DNA of 64,000 nucleotides from an uncultured Lentisphaerales bacterium (lineage in GTDB: Bacteria > Verrucomicrobiota > Lentisphaeria > JABSQK01): NCBI GenBank assembly GCA_964384625.1, contig CAYLNH010000004.1, positions 20,922 to 84,921 on the forward strand, read 5' to 3'. The translations under genes and the position numbers were made by a program. The notes under the pieces were generated by a model that worked only from the letters and a program-made list of their open reading frames with translations, was not told where the DNA came from and did no database searches. This document shows, piece by piece, positions 17,753 to 28,398 of the stretch (its first letter is position 1; each line of letters begins with the position of its first letter).

Positions 17753-20734
17753 TCAGTACCACCAATAGCGGTCCAGCCCGCCGAGCTTGATGCTCAGCAA
17801 CGAGCCGACGATGGTGGCCACCAGTTCGCCGGCGATCAGGCCGATAAAGAAATTCCGGAATTTGACGTAGGTCTGTTGATTGCCGTATTTGCTGACCAGT
17901 GTTTTGAACAGCCAGCCGATCATGATCGAGCCCCAGTAACCGCGCAGCAACGGGTTGACCAGCATGATCAGCCCGATCGGATGCACCACCCAGAAGAAGT
18001 GCCGGCGGGAGATCAGGATCACCACCATCAACACGGCGCCGGCGATGTACCACCACATCATCCCCGTGTCGTCTACGGGGCTGCGCTCGATCATCGACTT
18101 CAGCGCGCCGAAGGTATGGCTGCGGGCAACATGGTGATAGTTCCAGCCGCGCATGGTGTTGGCGCCGTTGTGATAGCCAAGGATGATTGTCGCGCCGACG
18201 CTTACCACCATGGCCAGGACAATGGCGCCCATGACCGCCACATGATACCGCCAGCGGCTCATGCGCAGGTCGTCGCGCACCTTCAGCGAGTTGGCCATGG
18301 CCGGCGCAATAAAGGTCTTGATGTCGAAGAACAGGACCATCTGATAGACCCAGAGCGGCGCCATCAGCTTGGCTGAGGTCCACGCCTTGTCCATGCCGGT
18401 GAACGCCTTCAACAACTGGATCGGGCTGAAGTCGAACTTCAGACTGAGGATGCCGCCTTCCGCGACGGCGCGGGTCAGGCCGATCGTCACCACCAGCGCC
18501 ATGATGTAGAAGAAGATCGAATAGAAGATATTCGCTTTCATGATCCAGGTGAACGCGATGATCAGCCCCAGCGACGCCACCAGGAACGTGGCGGACGACA
18601 CCCGCAGCTCTCGGCGTTCGCTGTCGTCCAGCCGCATCAGCGACTTTTTGAAGAAACAGGCGAACAGGTACTCCCGGCACTTGTAGAGCACCACCAGGGC
18701 GAAGACAATCAACGCGCCGGCGCCCTGGGCGTTGCAGAAGCTGATCTTCAACGCTTCGTCCGCCTGGAACGAGCGGGCATCGACGCCGTAGCCGAGTTTC
18801 ACCAGAACCCAGATTTCGAGGATGTAAAAGATGTGGAAGATCCAGAGCGAAAATGAAATCCGCGACGGAATCAGAAAGGTCAGACCAATCAGGGAGAAGA
18901 AGATGACAAAACGCGTGCGTTTCACGGCATCCAGGAAGGTGCCGCCGAAGTACGGCACCATCTGGAACTCCAGCGAAATCGGATTGACGTTGGGGATAAT
19001 CTTCTGCCCGGTAAGATAGTTCCACACCAGGATTCCCAGGGACACCGCCAGACCGCCCCAGAACAAACCTTGACGGAACACCGGCGGGACGTTGCCCGTT
19101 TCCCCGTCGTCCTTGGCGCCCGCCAGGATCATCGGCAGCTGCGCCAACGGATAGATCAGCTTTTCATTGTGCGCCCACTGCCGGAAGATAAGCACGTTGA
19201 AACTCATCAGGATCACATAGGTCAGCAGGACGATGATGCCCCAGAACAGCAGCGGCCGGTACCAGATGGACCAGTCCACGTCGCCGACCAGGAAGCGCTG
19301 CAGCGACGCATCGAACAAGCGGAACTCCTGCATGATCGCCTGAAGCTCCGACCGCACGGCGCCGGGCGGCGGGGGGTCCTTCTGGTTGACGGCGGCCAGC
19401 AGGGCGGCGAGTTTGTCGCGGGTCAACTTCACCCGGTCGGCGACTTCGAGATGGGCGCGGACCTTCGCGTCGAGCTCCTCATTGATTGCCTTGATCTGTT
19501 TTTTCCGGGCCTCGGTTCCCTTCCTCACGTCCTTGATCTCGGCATCGAGCCGTTCAAAGTCTTCCATGGCGGCGAGGCGCCGCTGTTCGCGCAATTCCCG
19601 CAGCCGCTTCCAGGCCTCGCTCTGTTCCCTTTTAAGGGCGTCAAGTTCGCCTTCCATCGCCTCGCGATAGGCGTCCAGCGCGGGAATCGTACTGATGCTG
19701 TCGAGCAGTTCGACGGCGCGTTTAAGGTTGGGTGCGACGGCGGGTAGTTCCTCGCCGTCGGCGCCGGCCAACGCCTGTTCGGCCAGATGCAGTTCAGACA
19801 GGGCCTTCCGGCCGCGGCGCAGCCGCCGCAGACGATGGCGGTATCCGGTAAACCCCTCGCCGTGGACGTAGAGGATGCCCGGAATCGCCCGCAGCTCCTC
19901 CGGCAGACCGCGGCGAAACGTGCGGATCTGCTCGAATGAGTCCTGTTGCATCTCCACCAGGGCGGCGGATTCCTGTTCACGCGTCTCCTGCAGCGTGCGG
20001 ATCCGCTCGGGGAAGGTCCGCAGGACCGCCTCCAGGTCGTAGGCGGCGTCATACTTCTGCCAGCGTGCCGCCGCGCGCTCTTTGGAACGGGAGACGATGC
20101 GCACCTGCCAGCGCATGGCCTCGCGCGACTGGCGGTTGGCTTCGGTATCCGGCGCCTGCAGGAGGTCCTTGTACCGCCGCTGGATCTCGCGGTCGTCCTG
20201 CCGGGTGCGCTGCAGATCACGGGCGGCGTTGTAGACCTTCCGCGCCTGCCGCAGCTCGAGTGTGGTCTCGCGCAGCTTTGCCGCCGCCTGCCGCGTACCT
20301 TCTTCCGCAATGAACAGATGCTCCTCCATGAAGGGCAGGACATAGATGTTCCACTTGTACTGCTCGGTGTTCCAGTCCTCATTCGAGAGCCCGGAGATTA
20401 CCGGGACGAGCATGGCCGACAACCCGTACGTGCTGATGCCGCTGGAAACCAGGCCCATCAGGAAGATGATCAACAGTTCCCCGGCGGAGAACCGGCGGAT
20501 GAAGCGGACGAGCCGCAGGATCGGGTTGATCACCAGAACCCCGATGATCAGGAACAGAAACGGCAGGGTCGGAATCTGCGTCCCCGTCAGACTCATGTGC
20601 GGCGGGGTGTTCTCCTTCCAGACGGTCATCCAGGCGAACAGCCCGGTCAGGAACAGCCCGATCACGAATGCCCGCACCGTGATCTGCGGCGCTTTCGGTG
20701 TGTCTTCGTCCGGTTTTCTGTTTGGTTCTGCCAT
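17753..20734 (-). CDS. DUF6785/DUF6784-like polytopic membrane protein with large coiled-coil insert
   Basis: Many TMs; RQWAHNEKLIYPLAQLP, FSLWIF, HPIGLIM..YWGSIMIGW..KYG motifs; family name from recall. Confidence 0.75.
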   Translation of the reverse strand: MAEPNRKPDEDTPKAPQITVRAFVIGLFLTGLFAWMTVWKENTPPHMSLTGTQIPTLPFLFLIIGVLVINPILRLVRFIRRFSAGELLIIFLMGLVSSGISTYGLSAMLVPVISGLSNEDWNTEQYKWNIYVLPFMEEHLFIAEEGTRQAAAKLRETTLELRQARKVYNAARDLQRTRQDDREIQRRYKDLLQAPDTEANRQSREAMRWQVRIVSRSKERAAARWQKYDAAYDLEAVLRTFPERIRTLQETREQESAALVEMQQDSFEQIRTFRRGLPEELRAIPGILYVHGEGFTGYRHRLRRLRRGRKALSELHLAEQALAGADGEELPAVAPNLKRAVELLDSISTIPALDAYREAMEGELDALKREQSEAWKRLRELREQRRLAAMEDFERLDAEIKDVRKGTEARKKQIKAINEELDAKVRAHLEVADRVKLTRDKLAALLAAVNQKDPPPPGAVRSELQAIMQEFRLFDASLQRFLVGDVDWSIWYRPLLFWGIIVLLTYVILMSFNVLIFRQWAHNEKLIYPLAQLPMILAGAKDDGETGNVPPVFRQGLFWGGLAVSLGILVWNYLTGQKIIPNVNPISLEFQMVPYFGGTFLDAVKRTRFVIFFSLIGLTFLIPSRISFSLWIFHIFYILEIWVLVKLGYGVDARSFQADEALKISFCNAQGAGALIVFALVVLYKCREYLFACFFKKSLMRLDDSERRELRVSSATFLVASLGLIIAFTWIMKANIFYSIFFYIMALVVTIGLTRAVAEGGILSLKFDFSPIQLLKAFTGMDKAWTSAKLMAPLWVYQMVLFFDIKTFIAPAMANSLKVRDDLRMSRWRYHVAVMGAIVLAMVVSVGATIILGYHNGANTMRGWNYHHVARSHTFGALKSMIERSPVDDTGMMWWYIAGAVLMVVILISRRHFFWVVHPIGLIMLVNPLLRGYWGSIMIGWLFKTLVSKYGNQQTYVKFRNFFIGLIAGELVATIVGSLLSIKLGGLDRYWWY

Positions 20735-20741
20735 TGTCGAA

Positions 20742-22751
20742 CTACCAGAGGGTCGGTTGCAGCATTCGCGTGATGACATTGAACGCCATCGCGATCATCG
20801 AGGTGACGCCCAGGCCGCAGCCGAAACCGGCCAGGATGATGGTCACGAATTTCAGCCACATGTCTTTATATTTCCGCCGGAAATAGAACCGGCCGATGAA
20901 GGCTCCCAGAGCGGTACAGAAAATGGCGCCGGGGTTGCTCTGATTCAGGCCCCAGACGGCGCCGAACACCAGCATCACCGGCAGGCCGAGGCTCGACAGG
21001 GCGGCGAACAGCACGGACCCCGCGCCCATGCCCCAGAGGGCGTATTCAAAGTGCAGCGACTCCAGAAGCTGCGAGCCGCCTTCCAGCGTCGAAGTCAACC
21101 ACAGACAACGCTTCCGCAGCTGCAGCTCCCACATCAACTCGGTGTACGGATAGGCCGCCGACGGTATCGGCGCCATGCGCCAGAGCAGTTCAGATGTCAG
21201 GAACGAAGCCGTCACGATGATCGGCACCGTGAGCAGCAGGGTCTTGATCTGACTGATGATCTTCGTGCCGGTCAGCTCGAGAACGCGGAAACCGACGGTC
21301 TCGGGTCCGAGGTTCTGGATCGGCATCGGGGCGAACCAGATGTCAACACCTTTGTGGCCGGTCAGCAGGATGGTCATCTGTTTCAGATACGGGATGGCCA
21401 CGGCCTGGCCGCAGATGCCTTCCAATTTGGCGGTTGCATAGGAGATCAACGGCGTATAGACCAGGGCATAGAACGTCATGATCACCCAGGGATAGCCGTC
21501 CACCAGATAGGCCCCCAGGATGATCCAGGAGAAGGTACTGCCCAGGTAGATACCGACGGCACCGAAAATCGAGAAGTCCCCGCGGGCGACGTTGCCCTTG
21601 ACCAGGATGCGCCAGCCTTCTTTGAACCGCTCCGTAAAGCCCGGCACGTGGTTCAACTCGCGCGGCGTGGGACGCACCCAGGATTTGACGATGGACATCC
21701 CGGTGATGACGAATTTGCTGAAGGTCACCGCCAGCGTCAGGCCGATGCCGAAGGACAGGTAGAAGTCCAGGTGGTTCGCGAAGGTTGTATCGATGAAGCC
21801 CATGTCGGGCTGCCACGTCGACAGCACGCCGGCGTCCTGCAGAATCGGGTTGGCGAACCAGGTGAAGACCAGCCCGATCAGGGCGCCGATGACGCTCCAG
21901 AACGGCACGATCATGCCGGAGAGGAAGGCGCCGAAATTCAACACGAGATTAAACGGCACCGCCGGCAGCAGCCGGCCCACCTGCGGCGTGAAATCAATCC
22001 AGACCAGCGGGATCAACTCGATGCGCTTGGGTAACAACGCCCCGGTAATCATCGGCACACAGATATAGATCCCCCCCCAGATCAGGCCGAGGGCGCCGCC
22101 GATGGAAAAGCAGCGCCAGCGCCACGGTTCGCTGTGCCGGCGATCCGTCGCCAGCGCCGTGATGCCCGCGGCACTCACAGGCGCAAACGGGAACGGCAGT
22201 TTCTCCACGTCGCTGGCCAGCCGATACAGTACGTAGCCCAGGCCGTAGTTGTCGACCCGGCTGACGATCACGCCGAAGATGGTCAGCGCGATAATCGGCA
22301 ACCAGGCCTTGGCGAAAAAGGTCCGCCCGGCCAGTTGGATCTGCTCGGCCGACGGGAAAGCCCAACGGGGCAGCTCGGTCGCCAGTCCCAGGCCCTGGAC
22401 GTACTCCGACTGCGCCATGAACTGCTTGAACAGATACCCCGTAAACGGGTCCGCCAACGCCGCACCCGCCATGTAATGCAACGTATACAGCTCCTGGCTT
22501 TTCAAGTGTTTGAACGACCGTTTCGCCACTTCGGCGAAGAGAATCACCAGCACCCATTTCATCGCCTTGCCGATGCTGGCATCATTGCCGATGACCAGGC
22601 TCAGATAGTCCGTCGCCGGATTGACCAGGAACCCCAGGAACAAGGCGCCGGCGACGGTCTTCCAGTTGAAACCGTCCTCGAAGCCCTCCGCCGAAGGCGG
22701 CTTCATGATATTGCGATATTCGTTTAGTTCCTTGTCGTCTACGAAGGACAT
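20742..22751 (-). CDS. OPT-like (oligopeptide transporter-related) membrane protein
   Basis: Highly hydrophobic; DVEKLPFPFAPV and APIPSAAYPY motifs. Confidence 0.75.
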   Translation of the reverse strand: MSFVDDKELNEYRNIMKPPSAEGFEDGFNWKTVAGALFLGFLVNPATDYLSLVIGNDASIGKAMKWVLVILFAEVAKRSFKHLKSQELYTLHYMAGAALADPFTGYLFKQFMAQSEYVQGLGLATELPRWAFPSAEQIQLAGRTFFAKAWLPIIALTIFGVIVSRVDNYGLGYVLYRLASDVEKLPFPFAPVSAAGITALATDRRHSEPWRWRCFSIGGALGLIWGGIYICVPMITGALLPKRIELIPLVWIDFTPQVGRLLPAVPFNLVLNFGAFLSGMIVPFWSVIGALIGLVFTWFANPILQDAGVLSTWQPDMGFIDTTFANHLDFYLSFGIGLTLAVTFSKFVITGMSIVKSWVRPTPRELNHVPGFTERFKEGWRILVKGNVARGDFSIFGAVGIYLGSTFSWIILGAYLVDGYPWVIMTFYALVYTPLISYATAKLEGICGQAVAIPYLKQMTILLTGHKGVDIWFAPMPIQNLGPETVGFRVLELTGTKIISQIKTLLLTVPIIVTASFLTSELLWRMAPIPSAAYPYTELMWELQLRKRCLWLTSTLEGGSQLLESLHFEYALWGMGAGSVLFAALSSLGLPVMLVFGAVWGLNQSNPGAIFCTALGAFIGRFYFRRKYKDMWLKFVTIILAGFGCGLGVTSMIAMAFNVITRMLQPTLW

Positions 22752-25700
22752 GCTTCCGGGTCCTGTTGCGGGTCAGCCGGTGTCGCCCCGGCGGCTTCGT
22801 ACACGGGGAGTTCGTCGGGCGGCCCCTGGGTCACCAGTTCCCGCCCGCGGGCGACATACCAGGCCTGCTGCGTCGGGTCGACATTGCGCCAGTGCAGCAG
22901 CAGGGTGCGCATCGTAGTCAGGAACGGCTTGTTCGTCGTCACCCAGTTGGTGTCCTGGCCGGAGACGCGGTCGATGGTCATGTATAGCCGGTAGGTATCG
23001 ACGACCTCGTCGAACCTAGCGCGGTACGTGACCTCCTGGGTCACGCCCAGATCGAACGGCGCCAGGGCCATGGCGACCCGCAGCTCGTACCAGGGGCGGC
23101 CGGCGGCGTCATCGCCGCTTTCCGCGCCCTCGAACTGCGCCGTCAGATCACCCAGCGACACCTCGCTGCACGAGGCGAAATACTCGAACAGATAGTAGAT
23201 GATGCCGGGCGCCAGCTGCGGCTGATAGATGAACGGGAACGGTACGTGCATGGTCTGGCCGTCGTGCTCGGGCATCGTCCATTTCCGCCGGCCCGACGGC
23301 ACGGCCGTCCGCGTCGCCACATACGCCGGATACAAGGTGGACAGCAGCACCAGCCCCACGGCAAAGACAATCGCGTAGACGACAATCAACGAGGAGAAGT
23401 TGACGTTGATGCCGCTGAGCCAGCCGGTCGCCTTCAGGCCCAGTGAGATGAACTGACCGATCAGATAGCCGCCGACGGCGCCGATAACGCCGTACACCAG
23501 GGCTTCCGCCAGGAAGAAGGTGAAAATGTGCGTCGGATTCAAGCCGATCGCGTTGTAGATAGCGATCTCCGGTTTGCGCTCGTAAACGGTGCCGAGCAGT
23601 GAGTTGAGGATAATCGAACCGGCGATGATCAACGGGATGATCAACCGCGACTTGCCGCCGATCGATGTGCGGTAGTTGCTCCCGACATAGTACACGCCGG
23701 CGGCCATCGGCATGGTGCCCTCGTCATTGGACGTAAAGGTGTCGCGGCTGCCGATGTAGAACCGGGCGTCGCCGACGGTGAGCAGCAGCTCGATCAAGTC
23801 CCACAGCGCCGTCTCCGCGGCAGCCGCGCCGTAATCCGGCAGCCGCACCGAGATACTGTGGGGCGCCGCGCCGAACTCCTCCGCGGTCCCGGCCGGCAGG
23901 AAGGCCACGTTCGCCGGATCCATCACCAGGCCGTCGACCTCGGCTTCATCCAGTTCCAGGTCGCCCTCGTCCCCGCCTTCCTCGCTCTTCGGCTTCGAGC
24001 GAAACGGCAGCAGCGGCAGCGACGGATTCAGATCGCGCAGGTGCCGCATCCGGCCGTCGCCCAACAGGCCGACGACCTTGAACTCCTCGCCCATGAACCG
24101 CACGCGCACGTCCCGCAACGCCTCCGCCCCGAGCCGGGCATAACCGAGCGCCTCGGCGCCTTCCACCGACAGGATGATCTCACGCGCGTCGGCAGACGAG
24201 AAAAACCTGCCGTCAACGATGGCCATCGACTCCTTGAACAGCCGATCATTTGCCGGCAGGCCGACGATGGCGTGGACATCCATCCGGTTTCCGGGGGCGC
24301 CCGCCACCGCCAGCGGCCACGTCGGACCGTGCTTGCGAACGCGGCGGACGATCACATCGCCCTTGTCGGAATACATGTCGCGAAAGACCTGCACCGTGGC
24401 TTCGTCGATCGGCGCGCCCGCCGGCCAGTGATACAGCAGCCCGGTATACGGCGACTCCTCGGATTTGCGCAGGAACATCGGCCGCGTTGTTTTTGAGACG
24501 CTGGAGAACGCGAGCATGGTGAAAACCACCAGGACAATGGTGGTGGTGGTCAGCGTCGTCCGCACCCGCCGCCGTTTCATGTTCTGCACTCCCAGCAGCA
24601 GAGCCGTCTGGCCGACTGTCGAGTAGCCGACATCCTTGAGCCCGCTGGTCGTCTGGAACAACAGCGCCATCTCGTTGGAGAAGTTGGAGTGCAGGACATA
24701 CGTGACGAAACAGCCGATGGCCCCCAGGATGAACGCGATGAAAATGGCTTCCGGGTTCATGGCGATCGCAAAGGCCGGATGAATCAGACGGAACAGGATG
24801 TACATCGCCAGAAAAATCCCGGCGAAAGCGAGGAGTTCCTTCTCCATGCGGGTGAAGCGAAAGAGGAGTTTCTGCAGGAAGAAACAGAACGGCAGCATCA
24901 GGCCCATGTAGATCAGGATCGACTTGAGCAGGTCCCGGTTCATCTTGCGCAGTTCACTGTAGGCTTTGACCTGACTGCCCAGGGAACGGTAGGTCAGGAC
25001 CCGGGCACTGGCATGCGCCTCGTTCCCGGCTTCGGCCAGGGCGGCCTCGCGGGCGGTCGCGCCGCTTTCGAGGAAGTCCTCCATCAGCAAGTTGCGTATG
25101 CCCTTCATCTCCTCGGCGCGGAACCGGTTCAGCCACTCCATGTCGGCGGCCGCCTGCCGGTGCCAGTCCCGGGGAAAATCGCCGGCATCGAAGAACCCCG
25201 CTCCCTCGGGGTTGCCGGCGTCGGCATTGAGCAGACAGCGCCGATCATCGGTGATGACCAGAATCGACTCGGGCGTAAACCGGTAGTCCTTGCGCCAGAC
25301 GTAGACGGCCGCCGGCCCCGTTGACCGATGCGACTTGGCCGGCGACAGCGAACTCAGCCCGTGCACGCCGTACTTCTCGGGCTCCGACTTGGACTGGGCG
25401 CCTTTGATCCAGACCTTGTCCACGGTGATCGGACCCGCCTTCAGTGTGGTCGGATCGGTCCGGCCGTAGATCGGGATCTCGCGGCACGGGAACAACGGCA
25501 GCGTCTTCTGCCGGCTGAAATTCGTGTTGGAATTCATCTGGCGGGACGACTGGATGCGGCCTTTGTCGATTGTATACAGCACATCCCGGCCGTTTGGCCC
25601 CAGTTGGTAGGCAATCGGCGCCAGAACGTTCGGCTCGGTCAAGGCATAGAGCACGGCAAGCCCGGTCTCGCCGCTCATGCCCGTGTAGCAGTTGACCACG

Positions 25701-28129
25701 TCGCGGTTGGTCAGGAACGGCGTCGCCCGGTCGGCGCTGTACATCGCAATCAGAGTCTGGTCAATCGGGATGTCCGGTTTGGTCTTGCCGGCAAACTGGT
25801 CCATCGAAAACGTCTCCACCAGCACCGACCAGGGCCGGTTCTTCCACTTCACCTGTTTGACTTTCGGCAGGATTTCCGAGGCGCTCAAGTCCGGGTGGTT
25901 GAGCAGTTGCGGGAAAAACCGGCGCAACCAGCGCTGCAGCGTCAGGTAGCGGTCCGGATTCAGGCCGGCCAGATCGTCGGCCGGGCTGAACACCACGCCG
26001 TTGTAGCTGTGCACGTTCTTCAAGGCGAACGCCGGCAGCTGGCCGGCGCCCTGGAAGTACTGTGCCGGCGACGTTCCATCCGGGAAAAAATAATCTTCGT
26101 CGCGGCCGCCGGCGCGGGTCATGGTATCAACCCAGGGATTGCGCTCCACGCCGGCCGGCAACACGACCGCAGCGGCGATCTCTGTGCTCAATTGGCCGAA
26201 CTTGTGCGGCCACCGGCCCCGCCGCAGATGCGGGTGCAGCGAGCAGAACCCGATTCCCTCGGTGTGCGCGTCCAGGTCCAGCGAAATCACCAGCTTCGGC
26301 CGGCGCCGGCCAAGGACCTCCAGCAGTCGGGAGTTGTCCGTATCCATGTCGAGCAGGTTGCGGGCCTCGGCCTGATATTTCTCGAAGCGCACCAGCAGCA
26401 TGTCGCGAAATCCTTTCAGGAGTTTTCGCTGGACCTCGTTCGACGCAACCTGGTGGTAGTACGTCCGGCTGCTGCCGAAGCCGATGTCGATCTTGTTGAA
26501 CATCACCAGCAACCGCAACAGGTTCTTCTGACGCTGCTCCAGGACCTCCTGCTGCCGGCGACGTTCGGCGGCGTCGAGTTTCTCGCTCTTCGACAACGCC
26601 ATCCGTTCGAGCTTCACCTTGTTCAGCGCCCGTTTCACTTCTTCCTGCAGTTCGCTCTTCACATACCGCCGGGTCCCGGTGCTTTCGTCGAGCTTGGCGC
26701 GCCAGTCCTCGAACAACCACTCGTCCTCGTATACCGGCAGGGCCTTCTTCAGCAGTTCCGTCGCTGCGGCAAAATCGAGGGCGGCGAATTCCTCCATGTG
26801 TTTGATATTGGCTTCGAGTTCGGCCGTTGCCTCCTTGTCCTCATTGATCTTCGCCATCAAGCTCTTCTTCTCGGCCAGGACCGCGGCTCGAGCGGCGGCC
26901 AGCGCCGCCTGATAGTCCGGCTCGCTCAGCGTCTCGAGGTCCAACTCCGGCGGCCGGTTCAATTCCTCCGCCGCCGCCGCCTCGACTTGATCCCCGAGGC
27001 GATGCAGCACCTGGATCGCGGCAAAGAGCCGGTCCGCCGGCAGCTCCGGCTTCTCCAGTTTGAGCAACGAGTAATTCGTGTGGTACAAACGTGCCCGCCG
27101 CAAGCGTTTGGCCAGATCGTCGCGCACCCGCGCCACGCGCCAGTCGTCGCTGATCAACTGCCAGGCCAACACGCGTTCCCCAAGAAACCGCTGCGTATGC
27201 GCGTTGACCGCCACCAGCAACACCGAACGCTTCGTTGGCGTCTCGCGGAAATCCGCCAGCAGCTTGAGCAGCAGGTGCAGGTTCAGCAGCGACCGGGCGC
27301 CCGTCGCCCGTGCCGGGACGATACTGTTGGCATCCATCGGCGCCGTAAAAACGGCCACGTCATCCTTCAATTCCTCGTCCGCGCCCGGTACCAGAACCCA
27401 CAGGTTCCGCAGGTCCTGCAACTGCCATTTCGACGGCTGCGCCTGCACCTTGACGGACAACGGTTGCTGACGACAGGCCACCCGCAGCCTGGCGCCGGCC
27501 GCCGGCGGCACGAAAAAGCGCGGCACCGCCACCTCGGAGTCGTATAACTTGTTGTAACTATGAAAATATTGGTATTCTTCGGTGCCGATGAAGATAAAGC
27601 CCTTGACCCCGAACGTCAGCAACCGCAGCCATTCCGAGCTGCAGTTGTATTCCAGCAGCGCAATCGTCCCCTTCAGATCAACCCCGTGCAAACGTCGCAG
27701 ATCCGCATTCGTTCCCTGACCGAAATAGACCAGACGCGATTCGAACTCGGTCTCGGCGAAGTTGCCCGGACGCATCAACGTCGGATGCATCACCTCCAGC
27801 TCCACCTGCCCGACGGCCGGCGCCTGCAGCGACGTTGCGCCCGGGACGAATACCGGTGTCCGGAATCGCAGTTCGCCGGTCTCCAGGCCGCTGGCCTTGA
27901 AGCGCGCCGCCACCAGCCGGTCCAACGCCAGATTCCCCGGAGTGCCCGGGGCCCGGGCTGCGGGGCCTAAGGCACGCAACTCGTCCAGAACAAGTGACGA
28001 AGGGGCTTCCTGACCGACTACCGGCAGCAAAAACGCCAACACCCATAGGAAGACCAGCCATCGCTGGATACATCGTATGTCAACGCCGGCCGTGCCGAAG
28101 GAGCGCTGCCGGCGAATTCCATTTGTCAT
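22739..28129 (-). CDS. giant FtsX/MacB-type permease with N-terminal PA/peptidase M28-like region
   Basis: Signal peptide; M28-like segments; NMKRRRVRTTLT and VYERKPEIAIYNAIGLNP..FLAEA FtsX motifs; start uncertain. Confidence 0.8.
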   Translation of the reverse strand: MTNGIRRQRSFGTAGVDIRCIQRWLVFLWVLAFLLPVVGQEAPSSLVLDELRALGPAARAPGTPGNLALDRLVAARFKASGLETGELRFRTPVFVPGATSLQAPAVGQVELEVMHPTLMRPGNFAETEFESRLVYFGQGTNADLRRLHGVDLKGTIALLEYNCSSEWLRLLTFGVKGFIFIGTEEYQYFHSYNKLYDSEVAVPRFFVPPAAGARLRVACRQQPLSVKVQAQPSKWQLQDLRNLWVLVPGADEELKDDVAVFTAPMDANSIVPARATGARSLLNLHLLLKLLADFRETPTKRSVLLVAVNAHTQRFLGERVLAWQLISDDWRVARVRDDLAKRLRRARLYHTNYSLLKLEKPELPADRLFAAIQVLHRLGDQVEAAAAEELNRPPELDLETLSEPDYQAALAAARAAVLAEKKSLMAKINEDKEATAELEANIKHMEEFAALDFAAATELLKKALPVYEDEWLFEDWRAKLDESTGTRRYVKSELQEEVKRALNKVKLERMALSKSEKLDAAERRRQQEVLEQRQKNLLRLLVMFNKIDIGFGSSRTYYHQVASNEVQRKLLKGFRDMLLVRFEKYQAEARNLLDMDTDNSRLLEVLGRRRPKLVISLDLDAHTEGIGFCSLHPHLRRGRWPHKFGQLSTEIAAAVVLPAGVERNPWVDTMTRAGGRDEDYFFPDGTSPAQYFQGAGQLPAFALKNVHSYNGVVFSPADDLAGLNPDRYLTLQRWLRRFFPQLLNHPDLSASEILPKVKQVKWKNRPWSVLVETFSMDQFAGKTKPDIPIDQTLIAMYSADRATPFLTNRDVVNCYTGMSGETGLAVLYALTEPNVLAPIAYQLGPNGRDVLYTIDKGRIQSSRQMNSNTNFSRQKTLPLFPCREIPIYGRTDPTTLKAGPITVDKVWIKGAQSKSEPEKYGVHGLSSLSPAKSHRSTGPAAVYVWRKDYRFTPESILVITDDRRCLLNADAGNPEGAGFFDAGDFPRDWHRQAAADMEWLNRFRAEEMKGIRNLLMEDFLESGATAREAALAEAGNEAHASARVLTYRSLGSQVKAYSELRKMNRDLLKSILIYMGLMLPFCFFLQKLLFRFTRMEKELLAFAGIFLAMYILFRLIHPAFAIAMNPEAIFIAFILGAIGCFVTYVLHSNFSNEMALLFQTTSGLKDVGYSTVGQTALLLGVQNMKRRRVRTTLTTTTIVLVVFTMLAFSSVSKTTRPMFLRKSEESPYTGLLYHWPAGAPIDEATVQVFRDMYSDKGDVIVRRVRKHGPTWPLAVAGAPGNRMDVHAIVGLPANDRLFKESMAIVDGRFFSSADAREIILSVEGAEALGYARLGAEALRDVRVRFMGEEFKVVGLLGDGRMRHLRDLNPSLPLLPFRSKPKSEEGGDEGDLELDEAEVDGLVMDPANVAFLPAGTAEEFGAAPHSISVRLPDYGAAAAETALWDLIELLLTVGDARFYIGSRDTFTSNDEGTMPMAAGVYYVGSNYRTSIGGKSRLIIPLIIAGSIILNSLLGTVYERKPEIAIYNAIGLNPTHIFTFFLAEALVYGVIGAVGGYLIGQFISLGLKATGWLSGINVNFSSLIVVYAIVFAVGLVLLSTLYPAYVATRTAVPSGRRKWTMPEHDGQTMHVPFPFIYQPQLAPGIIYYLFEYFASCSEVSLGDLTAQFEGAESGDDAAGRPWYELRVAMALAPFDLGVTQEVTYRARFDEVVDTYRLYMTIDRVSGQDTNWVTTNKPFLTTMRTLLLHWRNVDPTQQAWYVARGRELVTQGPPDELPVYEAAGATPADPQQDPEACPS

Positions 28130-28274
28130 AATTGTGGGATTACCTTGTAGTCCCAAAACCGCCTACCCGTAAGATTACGGGAAAACCCGAGAGTTCCACC
28201 AGCCGTTCCCATTTTTGAAATATCGGGTTGCTCCGCACGTCTGTGCTCATATAGTACACCGCCACAGATACCGT

Positions 28275-28351
28275 GCGCCCGTAGCTCAGCTGGATAGAGC
28301 GTCTGCCTCCGGAGCAGAAAGTCGTGAGTTCGAATCTCGCCGGGCGTACCA
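28275..28351 (+). tRNA. tRNA-Arg (CCG)
   Basis: 77-nt cloverleaf GCGCCCG..CGGGCGT-A-CCA; anticodon stem TCTGC/GCAGA with loop CT-CCG-GA; TTCGAAT T-loop. Confidence 0.97.
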
Positions 28352-28398
28352 CCGGAGAACATCGAAGCGCCGGCCGACCCCGCGTCCGCCGGCGTCTT

